Assembly (NCBI GenBank): GCA_963664825.1
Contig: OY761614.1
Span: forward strand, 3,008,001 to 3,072,000
Length of the DNA: 64,000 nt
Direction of reading: 5' to 3'
Origin: an uncultured Holophaga sp.
Lineage (GTDB): Bacteria > Acidobacteriota > Holophagae > Holophagales > Holophagaceae
The translations under genes and the position numbers were made by a program. The stretch's first letter is position 1, and every line of letters begins with the position of its first letter. The notes below the pieces were generated by a model. It had not been told where the DNA came from. It saw nothing but the letters and a program-made list of their open reading frames with translations, and searched no databases. Shown here piece by piece: positions 28,726 through 36,607 of the stretch.

Positions 28726-30543
28726 ATGTCCCCATCCCCTCGCATCCTGATCATCGGTGGTGTGGCAGGGGGCGCGAGTGCGGCGGCCCGGGCTCGCAGG
28801 CTCTCCGAGGACGCTGATATCGTGCTCCTGGAGCGGGGCCCCGATGTCTCCTTTGCCAATTGCGGCTTGCCCTACCACATCGGGGGCGTGATCGAGGAAA
28901 GGGGGCGGCTCCTGGTCCAGACTCCCGAAAGCCTGAGCGCCCGTTTCGATCTGGATGTGCGCGTCCGTACCGAAGCGGTCTCCATCGATGCCCAGGCCCA
29001 GGTGGTGCTGGTTCGGAACCTGAGGACCGGCAAGGAAACCCGCGAACCCTACGATGCCCTTGTGCTCTCCCCCGGGGCCACCGCCCTCCGGCCCGCCATC
29101 CCCGGGGCCGAGGACGAGCGGATCTGCACGTTGCGCAATATGGGCGACATGGATAGGATCCTGGCGGTCCTGGCCAAGGGGGGGCCTCGCTCCCAGGCGG
29201 CCCCCGGCAGCGATAGACCTGTTGTTCGGGTTTTGCCTGCACAACAGGTGGGGGTTCCAGGGGGGACTTCGCGAGCTGCGCTTCCTGGGACAGCCCTGGT
29301 CGTGGGCGCGGGCTTCATCGGCCTGGAACTGGCCGAACAGCTCCGGCACCGCGGCCTTGCGGTGACGTTGGTGGAGAAGCTATCCCACGTGTTGGGCGTG
29401 GCGGATGGGGAGATGAGTTTCCCCCTGCAAGAGGAATTGGCGCGTCAGGGCGTGGATCTGCGTCTGGGGCGCTCTGTCTCGGCCTTTGAACATGAGGGCG
29501 AGGCCCTGGTGGCTAAGTTGGATGACGGTGCCTGTCTCCCCTGCGATCTGGTGGTATTGAGCGTGGGCGTGCGTCCGGAGACCACGCTGGCCCGGGAGGC
29601 GGGGCTCGCCCTCGGCGCCACCGGTGGCATCCTGGTGGATGACCAGATGCGCACCAGCGATCCCCACATCTTCGCCGTGGGGGACGCCATCGAGATCCGG
29701 GACTTCACCAGCGGGGACCCGGCGCTCGTCCCCCTGGCGGGCCCCGCCAACCGCCAGGGCCGCATCGCCGCGGAGGTCATCCTGGGCCGGGATAGCCACT
29801 ACAAGGCCACCCAGGGCACCTCCATCTGTAAGGTCTTCGGCCTCACCTTCGCCATGACGGGACTTTCGGAGACCCTGCTCCAGCGCAAGGGAATGGCTTA
29901 CCGGCGCGTCTACGTACATCCCGCGGACCACGCCACCTACTATCCCGACGCGCAGCCCATCACGCTGAAGCTGCTCTTCGAGCCGGAGAATGGCCGCATC
30001 CTGGGGGCCCAGGCCGTGGGCGTGGCGGGCGTGGATAAGCGCATCGACGTGATCGCTGTGGCCCAGCGAGCCGGGCTCACGGTCTTCGATCTGGAGGACC
30101 TGGAGCTCTGCTACGCTCCTCCCTTCGGCAGCGCCAAGGACGCCATCAACATGGCCGGTTTCGTGGCCTCCAACGTGCTGCGGGGCGATGTGGAACTCTG
30201 GGAACCCGAGGAACTGGTCGGGCTGAGGGAGGCTCAGACGCTGGTGGATGTGCGCACCTTCCAGGAGCATGCCCTGGGCACCATTCCGGGGGCCATCTGC
30301 GCCCCCGTGGATGAACTGCGGGACCGCCTGGAGGATCTGCCCCGGGATGGGGAGTTGCTGGTGTTCTGCCAAGTGGGCCTGCGGGGTTACCTCGCCGCCC
30401 GCATCCTCAGTCAGCACGGCTTCAAGGTGCGCAACCTCTCCGGGGGCTACAAGCGCTATGCCATGTGGCAGGGCGCTCAAGGGGTGCCTCGCGAATCCGA
30501 GGCGAAGGGCGAGGCTGGGGGGCCGGCTTCCTGCCTGTGCTGA
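28726..30543 (+). CDS. CoA-disulfide/persulfide reductase with C-terminal rhodanese domain (CoADR-RHD/Npsr-like)
   Basis: IIGGVAGG, SFANCGLPY, VVGAGFIG, LELCYAPPF; rhodanese DVR...E...G.IPGA and FCQVGLRG. Confidence 0.93.
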   Translation: MSPSPRILIIGGVAGGASAAARARRLSEDADIVLLERGPDVSFANCGLPYHIGGVIEERGRLLVQTPESLSARFDLDVRVRTEAVSIDAQAQVVLVRNLRTGKETREPYDALVLSPGATALRPAIPGAEDERICTLRNMGDMDRILAVLAKGGPRSQAAPGSDRPVVRVLPAQQVGVPGGTSRAALPGTALVVGAGFIGLELAEQLRHRGLAVTLVEKLSHVLGVADGEMSFPLQEELARQGVDLRLGRSVSAFEHEGEALVAKLDDGACLPCDLVVLSVGVRPETTLAREAGLALGATGGILVDDQMRTSDPHIFAVGDAIEIRDFTSGDPALVPLAGPANRQGRIAAEVILGRDSHYKATQGTSICKVFGLTFAMTGLSETLLQRKGMAYRRVYVHPADHATYYPDAQPITLKLLFEPENGRILGAQAVGVAGVDKRIDVIAVAQRAGLTVFDLEDLELCYAPPFGSAKDAINMAGFVASNVLRGDVELWEPEELVGLREAQTLVDVRTFQEHALGTIPGAICAPVDELRDRLEDLPRDGELLVFCQVGLRGYLAARILSQHGFKVRNLSGGYKRYAMWQGAQGVPRESEAKGEAGGPASCLC

Positions 30544-30629
30544 GGCGCCGGGCCCACGCCCTTGGGACTGGAGGCACGGTGGGGCCCCGAATCAAAACAA
30601 ATGCCCTCCCAGCCCCTGCTTAGCGAATT

Positions 30630-31375
30630 TCAACTGGCCTCTGGTCCTGATTTCAGGCAGCGCTGGATCACTGGTCGCATGAAGTCCTGCGCCTCTGAAG
30701 CGACCTCGCTGTAGGGGGGCACCACGAGGTGCCTGGACCGGGTATAGGCGTCCCCGATCCTCTTGAGGGTGGCGTCTGTGCCATAGCTTGGCTGGAGGGC
30801 GTTGGCATCCATGCGAGGACCGTTTCCATCTTTTCGGCGAGGAAGGTTTCCACGGGATACCCCAGCACCTGCCCGCCCTGGAAATCATCGAGCATCGGGC
30901 GGATCTCGATCAGTCCCGGGGCTGGGGTGATGGGATCCCCAAAACTGAGGTCCAGCTTGATCTGGCGCGCACGCTTGGGGCCGAAACGGAACGAAATGGT
31001 GAAGCGCTGACAGGGGTCTTCCGTGTCCTCTCGGATGTCCTCCCAGGTCATGACCTGCGGCTGGAATTCCAGACGATCACCCAAATCGATCCCGAGAATC
31101 TCCGTGAGAACGCCTTCCAGGGTGTCGCTGGGGATCCGGAGAGCCAGGAAATCGAGGTCCTCCGTGGGGCGATTCCATCGCTGGGTCAGCAGATACAGGA
31201 GGATGCCGCCCTTCAGCACCAGTTGGTCTCGGTAGCGGCTTTGGGCGACCCTGGCGAGAAAACGCTCCAGGACGAAGAGGACCTGGGCATTCTCGACGCT
31301 CTGGCCGTCCACGCGCCGGTTGCTAAGGCGCTTGAGGACGCTGTCAGGGCTCTTGGTGTCGCCCTCTTTCTTCAT
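30630..31375 (-). pseudogene. AbiEii-like nucleotidyltransferase toxin with an internal deletion and frameshift
   Basis: LERFLAR, LVLKGG, R.TEDLDF, DLSFGD and LAEK present; the expected RMKDFYD-type segment is missing, and a C-terminal-like segment continues in another frame (30630-30812). Confidence 0.75.
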
Positions 31376-31950
31376 GCAAGCAGGACCGAGAGATAGCCGC
31401 GCAGCGTGGTCTTGACCCGACAAACCTCTTCCCATTGGATCAGCTCATCAGGAAGTCCTCCCTGGCGCAGGAAGGTCTTCAAGGCCTCGAAGGCAACTTC
31501 AAATCCAACCTTATCCCGGAAGCGCAGGGCATCACAGACCGTCTTGGCCTTGCTGTAGATGCGGACCTTGGTTCTGCCAACCTTGATGGTCTCGATTCCG
31601 GTGGCATGCGCGGCCTCCCCAAGGCGAATGAACCGCGTGGGGAAGGCCATCTTGGGAACCCAAGAGGTCTTGGGGATGGCGATCCAGGTCTCCCCGGGGA
31701 TGGTGGTGGTCAATCCGTGGTAGGACAGGGCCGAGATGAGACAGATGACTCCTTCGGGAACGGCTAAACATGCGTCCGCCAAGTCCTGATGCGCCCAGGT
31801 ATCCCGAGTCGCAGATCGGTAGACCCCTGCACGCAGCTTCTGGAGGCGACCGTCCTGGGCCAAGCGGAGGACGGTCGTATCCCGTCCTCTACGCTTTGCG
31901 AAAGATAGCCTGACAACCTCTTTGCGCAGTTCCGGGAGTCCCTTGGACAT
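31372..31950 (-). CDS. AbiEi-like antitoxin / transcriptional regulator (type IV TA)
   Basis: L.KLRAGVY, VPEGVICLISALSYHGLTT.IP and IYS.AKTVCD..RFR; ATGA overlap with the AbiEii gene. Confidence 0.9.
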   Translation of the reverse strand: MSKGLPELRKEVVRLSFAKRRGRDTTVLRLAQDGRLQKLRAGVYRSATRDTWAHQDLADACLAVPEGVICLISALSYHGLTTTIPGETWIAIPKTSWVPKMAFPTRFIRLGEAAHATGIETIKVGRTKVRIYSKAKTVCDALRFRDKVGFEVAFEALKTFLRQGGLPDELIQWEEVCRVKTTLRGYLSVLLA

Positions 31951-32436
31951 GCTCGATGCCTCTATTCCTACACACAAAAAATAGTGTGAATGAAAAACGG
32001 CGTCAAGGCGTAAGAATCCAGCTTGATGGAAAGGTGTTCTTTGGGGTCGCATCGTCTGCTCAGCATTCCACTCCCCTCCATTTTCGTCTTGGCGGCCAGT
32101 TCGACGACTTGGCGCTCCACGCCGTGGGTGTCGGTATAGCTGCGGGTGCGCTTCTCTCCGTGGATTAGGACGGCCTAGCCCTTGGCCAGGAGCTTCCCAG
32201 CGTGGGTCGCGAGGGTGCCCCAGGGGTATCGCACGGGCCACGGATCAGCAGGTGCGGAAGTTGTGCGCAGCACAGGCGGACTCGGGCGGATCCTTGCGAG
32301 GCGGACTGAGAGGACATCGGGCGGCGCTGGCCCACCTCCTCAGTAACGCGTGGGGAGCAGGCCAACCGCTTGGCCAGTAGGCCGGGCATCAGGGCCTTTG
32401 GGGGGACCTTGAGATCTAGAGTCACGCTAGAGTCAT

Positions 32437-32470
32437 GACGCAAAAACGGCCACCTCGTAGGTGGCCGTAA
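32437..32470 (-). terminator. Terminator-like hairpin downstream of the tRNA fragment
   Basis: ACGGCCACC-tcgta-GGTGGCCGT with an A-run on the left (U-tract on the minus strand). Confidence 0.65.
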
Positions 32471-32483
32471 GTGTTGTGTTTAT

Positions 32484-32532
32484 TGGTGGTCCCGGGGCGA
32501 TTCGAACGCCCGACCCTCAGATTCGTAGTCTG
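32484..32532 (-). repeat. att site: 49-bp copy of the tRNA-Arg 3' end
   Basis: TGGTGGTCCCGGGGCGATTCGAACGCCCGACCCTCAGATTCGTAGTCTG matches 42341-42389 at 48 of 49 positions. Confidence 0.95.
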
Positions 32533-32697
32533 TAGCAGGCCTTCGGACTCGAAACCATCTCAACACTCAAAGCCTTGTTTTTCAGGCATGTATCAAAGAT
32601 CGTTGTTTGGGGAAGGGCGGTAGAGCATTAGAATATTCCCCGTTGCTTTGTAGCTTCAAGCGTATCTCTCTATCGTGCCTTTGCAAGGGGAATCCTC

Positions 32698-33894
32698 ATG
32701 GCTGCCGTCAAGCTCAACACCCGCGTCATTACAGAGCTTGAGCCGAAGGAAAAGACCTATGCCGTGTTCGACACGGAGATCCGGGGCTTCGGGGTCCGGG
32801 TCTGGCCCAGTGGCGTGAAGGTCTTCGTGTTCAAGTACGAGCGGCAGGCCAAACAGCATTGGCTGACCCTTGGCCGCTTCGGGGAGCTCACCTTCGAGCA
32901 GGCCAAGAAGCGCGCCCTCAAGCATCGACTGGAAATCACGGATGGGCAGAACCCCGGCGCCGTCATTCGGGCCAAAAGGGAAGCCCCGAGCGTGGCCGAT
33001 CTGGCAGATCGATTCCTTCGGGACCATGCCGACCTGAAGACCAAACCCCGGACGGCGGCAGAGTATCGCCGCATGGTGGAACTCTTCATCAAACCGAAAC
33101 TTGGAAGGCTCAAGGTGGCGGACGTACTGCCCGCTGATGCCTATGAATTTCACACCAGCCTCGCCAAGACTCCGCGTCAGGCGAACCATACCTTGGCGGT
33201 GCTCTCCAAGATGTTCAGCCTCGCGGAACTCTGGGGATGGCGAACCCAAAACACGAATCCCTGCTTCATCGTGGAACGCCTCCCGGAGCGGCGGCGGGAC
33301 CGTTTCTTGACAGAGAAGGAATTGGAACGATTGGGGCAAGTGATACAGGAAATGGAAGACGCCATCACGGATTCCATCTACGTCTTTGCCGCTCTTCGGA
33401 TGCTCATCTTCACGGGCGCCCGCCTCAGTGAAATCCTCACCCTTACCTGGGCCATGGTGGATCTGGAAAACGGAATGCTTCGCCTTCCGGATTCGAAAAC
33501 CGGGGCCAAGGTGATCTTTTTGAATCCCCCGGCTATTCGCCTTCTCAAAGTTCTTCCTGAGATCCAGGACAACCCTTATGTTTTCCCCGGCGACCGGGAA
33601 AACGACCGCCTGGTGAACCTCGAAAAGCCCTGGCGGAAGATCCGCGACAAAGCCGGGTTGCCCAATGTCCGAATCCACGATTTGAGGCACACCTTCGCGA
33701 GCATGGCGGCCCAGTCAGGATTGAGTCTTCAGGTGGTGGGCGCCCTCCTCGGGCACACCCATCCGAGCACCACTAAGCGGTATTCGCATTTCGGCACACA
33801 GCCCCTTCTGGACAGCAGCAAACAGGTTGGGGCGAAGCTGGCCAAGGCCCTCGAACAGCCTGTCAAGAAACCCAGTAAGAAACAGGGTTCGTGA
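32698..33894 (+). CDS. int: Tyrosine recombinase/integrase with N-terminal arm-binding domain
   Basis: D....GFGVRV.PSG.K.F arm domain; catalytic TGARLSEI, DSKTG, HDLRH, LGH and TKRY. Confidence 0.97.
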   Translation: MAAVKLNTRVITELEPKEKTYAVFDTEIRGFGVRVWPSGVKVFVFKYERQAKQHWLTLGRFGELTFEQAKKRALKHRLEITDGQNPGAVIRAKREAPSVADLADRFLRDHADLKTKPRTAAEYRRMVELFIKPKLGRLKVADVLPADAYEFHTSLAKTPRQANHTLAVLSKMFSLAELWGWRTQNTNPCFIVERLPERRRDRFLTEKELERLGQVIQEMEDAITDSIYVFAALRMLIFTGARLSEILTLTWAMVDLENGMLRLPDSKTGAKVIFLNPPAIRLLKVLPEIQDNPYVFPGDRENDRLVNLEKPWRKIRDKAGLPNVRIHDLRHTFASMAAQSGLSLQVVGALLGHTHPSTTKRYSHFGTQPLLDSSKQVGAKLAKALEQPVKKPSKKQGS

Positions 33895-33918
33895 AGGGAT
33901 TGGGAGGGGTGGCCGGCT

Positions 33919-34401
33919 CGCCCTCGCCAGGGTCACGCCAGGGGAAAAAGCGCCCCTGTCATGCCCCCGGCGGTGAGGGCGCCCGTGTCGCTGTTCAACC
34001 CACACCAGCGCTTATTGAAGTGGTCCCAACGCGGCGTGTCGCTCCGGTCACCCATCGGACCCCGACCCTCGCGGGGGGTCCGATGGGTGACGGCAGCAGG
34101 CGGATATCAGGAGGGGGGCAAGCCCCCCCTGAAGAACTGCAATAGAGGGGAGAGCCCTCGGGATCCGGCAGCAGAGGTTCCGGGCCTTTGGCCCTCGAAA
34201 ATCCATGCTGATGTCTCGTCGAAAAGGTCCGGTTGTGGGAAACGCGAAGCGTTTTCCAGCCACGGGCCGAGGGGGTGGGAACCCTGGGGAAGGTCCCCTC
34301 GGGACCGCTTGCCTGTGGACCCGAAGGGCGGATGAAATCCGTTCCGCGAAGCGGAATCCATCGGGCAATCCACAGGGTTTCCATGCCCGAGCAACCGGAC
34401 C
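33919..34401 (+). other. Highly structured non-coding region (candidate single-strand origin, ssDNA signal or ncRNA)
   Basis: 17-bp perfect inverted repeat (34047-34063/34075-34091); 10-bp long-range stem (34226-34235/34392-34401) enclosing a four-way junction of GAA-triloop hairpins. Confidence 0.7.
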
Positions 34402-34652
34402 GGGAATGGAGCTTGGATCGCGCTGGAACACCTCAAAGATGGGGAAGTGCGCCGAGGTTGGCCGGGACCTGGGGGCACCGCTTGCGGCGGTGGCAAGTTG
34501 AGTCCTCTGGAACATTGTACAGAAGCGACAGTATAAGATGCATAAATACAAATACATACATAACTAGAAATGATACTAGAAGAGTATTGTGGAATTTGTC
34601 CGCTTCTAGCTATATGCTCAAGGTGTCAGTATTCGTTGGAGATTTTCACAAC

Positions 34653-35216
34653 ATGGCTAAAGAAGCGGATGTTAAGACGCGTAGAAACAGTAATAAGGCG
34701 CGATCTAGCAAAACCCAATTCAACATGCCCTTGAGCGTGGAAGAGGCCCGGCAATTTGACATGATCCAAGCCGCCTGGAGCCTTCCGTCCAAGGCGGAAA
34801 CGTTCCGATGGATGCTCAAGGATTGCCATGAGCGGACCACGACCAAGGAGCACGAAACGATCCTCGGAATGTTTGGTCAGGTCCGGGGAGCGTTGGAGTC
34901 CCTCTTGGTGGAGCAGTCCCAATTCAGAACCGATTTGACCCGCGATGTCATGCGCCTGGTTGAGCGCGCCGGAAATGCCGCTGATCGAATCACGCTTGTC
35001 TCGGAAGCGGCTACCGAGAAGATCGGAAGCCGGGTCGAAAACTCGATCGCAATCACCCGGCAAATGGAACTCGACCTCAAGGAACAACTCGCCGCCGCCA
35101 ACAAGATGCTCTTCTCGGCTTTGGTCCGAATGAAGGTCGAACAGGCCTACCTGCCCGATCATGTGAAGGCGGCCATCAAGGAAGGGCTCAATCGATCCGG
35201 CCTCGCGGGCGTGTGA
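34653..35216 (+). CDS. Hypothetical protein with a possible ribbon-helix-helix N-terminus and coiled-coil C-terminus
   Basis: GGAG RBS and ATG 34653 after an AT-rich tract; TQFNMPLS.EE...FD.......SKAETFRWML resembles an RHH fold. Confidence 0.65.
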   Translation: MAKEADVKTRRNSNKARSSKTQFNMPLSVEEARQFDMIQAAWSLPSKAETFRWMLKDCHERTTTKEHETILGMFGQVRGALESLLVEQSQFRTDLTRDVMRLVERAGNAADRITLVSEAATEKIGSRVENSIAITRQMELDLKEQLAAANKMLFSALVRMKVEQAYLPDHVKAAIKEGLNRSGLAGV

Positions 35217-35596
35217 CTCATGGCGGGTGCAGATTCGAGGTTTGGATGGGGCGATTGGGAGCCTAGAATCAAATCCATGTTCTTCACGATTCGGGATTGC
35301 ATCGCTCCACGGTCTCCCTTTGTTGGGAGAGGGCGGGCCAATGGGGATTCGTTTCCCATCCGGCTTAGTGAAGTTCAAGACCATCCCACTTCGTGGTTTA
35401 AGAGACAGGATTGCACTTCCAGTCTTGAGGTTGATACCCGGCGATTTGGTCTGGATAGGTCCCACTTTAAAAGGACCGTTGATCTGATCTTGGGCGTTTT
35501 TTTCGTCCAGGAATTCTGTCGCGCAATCGCTACTCTCGCCATAGCCTTTGGGCAAAAATGCGTACAGTGGCAATTCTGTGCTGATCGAGAACAATA

Positions 35597-36574
35597 ATGA
35601 ATGCAGACCTACTTCGTCGCCTAATGAGAGCCATCGCTGAAGGTGGCTCTGGTGAATTGGAACAACTAGGGCATACGATTATCGAAAGTGAGCGGCGCCT
35701 TGGTCATACGAAGCTGTCGTCAGAATTGCTTTCAATTTTAATAAAAAAATCTAAAAATCGTAACCAAGGCGAATCAAGCCTAAAAGGTGATCAATCCCTT
35801 AAAGAATTGCCATCGAGCAAGAGGCGGGGGGATCTATTAGCAACCTTTATTGAGCATGATTCTTTGGAACACACGATGATTCTCCCTCCTGAGACGGAGA
35901 TGAGATTCGCAAGAATTGAGTCTGAGTTTTCCGCAAGAGAACGGCTTGGTCTGCATGGACTTACCTATAGGCGATCAATCCTTCTTCATGGGCCTCCTGG
36001 TTGTGGGAAATCGCTTGGTGCAAAAAGGCTTGCATGGAATACAGGATTGCCACTTATGAAAGTAAGATTTGATGCATTGATATCTTCATTTTTTGGAGAA
36101 TCTGCATCAAATCTTCGTACTGTTTTTGATGCAGCTAACGAAAAGCCGTGTGTTCTTTTGTTTGATGAATGTGATTTTCTTGCCAGATCGAGAATTAATT
36201 CAAAAGATATTGGAGAGGCATCTAGGATTGTCAATACTCTACTGCAGCTAATGGAGGAATTTGAGGCGCCTGGGCTGCTTGTTGCTACTACAAACATTGA
36301 ATCAGCATTGGATCCTGCAATATTTCGTAGATTTGATGATGTCTTTGAGGTCCCGCCGCCTGGTCCTCAAGAAATTGTTAAGTTGATGCAATTGACGCTG
36401 GCTTCGATTAAATATGATGGCAATATTGGTTGGGATAAAATTACATCAAAGCTCGGTAAGGCTTCGGCAGCAATGGCTGTTAAAGCAGCGCAGAATGCCG
36501 CAAAGGCTGCAGTCCTTTCCGGTCGTTTGGTTGTTTCCGAACAACACCTTGTTAAAGCTATAGCTGAATTGTAA
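35597..36574 (+). CDS. ietA: AAA+ ATPase, IetA-like
   Basis: GPPGCGKS, VLLFDECD, ATTN and LDPAIFRRFD; low GC; directly upstream of an S8 protease. Confidence 0.85.
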   Translation: MNADLLRRLMRAIAEGGSGELEQLGHTIIESERRLGHTKLSSELLSILIKKSKNRNQGESSLKGDQSLKELPSSKRRGDLLATFIEHDSLEHTMILPPETEMRFARIESEFSARERLGLHGLTYRRSILLHGPPGCGKSLGAKRLAWNTGLPLMKVRFDALISSFFGESASNLRTVFDAANEKPCVLLFDECDFLARSRINSKDIGEASRIVNTLLQLMEEFEAPGLLVATTNIESALDPAIFRRFDDVFEVPPPGPQEIVKLMQLTLASIKYDGNIGWDKITSKLGKASAAMAVKAAQNAAKAAVLSGRLVVSEQHLVKAIAEL

Positions 36575-36607
36575 GGCCTTGATTGACCAAGGAATTTCAC
36601 ATGGGGT

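Noticed and set aside
30545..30630. A third att copy marking the left end of the older remnant
   Set aside because: Only a weak GGTGGGGCCCCG resemblance, which is not convincing.
32484..32532. A second tRNA-Arg gene
   Set aside because: It lacks the D-arm and 5' acceptor strand; it is the att duplicate.
32656..33690. Long antisense ORFs (also 1432-2892, 43362-44915, 53973-55493, 60935-62803 and others)
   Set aside because: Shadow ORFs opposite well-supported genes in GC-rich DNA, with no recognisable motifs.
34233..34652. N-terminal extension of the 327-aa ORF across the folded region
   Set aside because: Not protein-like; a better RBS and ATG occur at 34653 after an AT-rich promoter tract.
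35431..35439. TTGATACCC on the plus strand as a second nick site
   Set aside because: It lacks the leading C and an adjacent hairpin, so it may be chance. It is worth revisiting because the folded region has plus-strand polarity.
35220..35597. ORFs between the RHH-like gene and ietA
   Set aside because: Several overlapping frames, none with motifs or a clear RBS.
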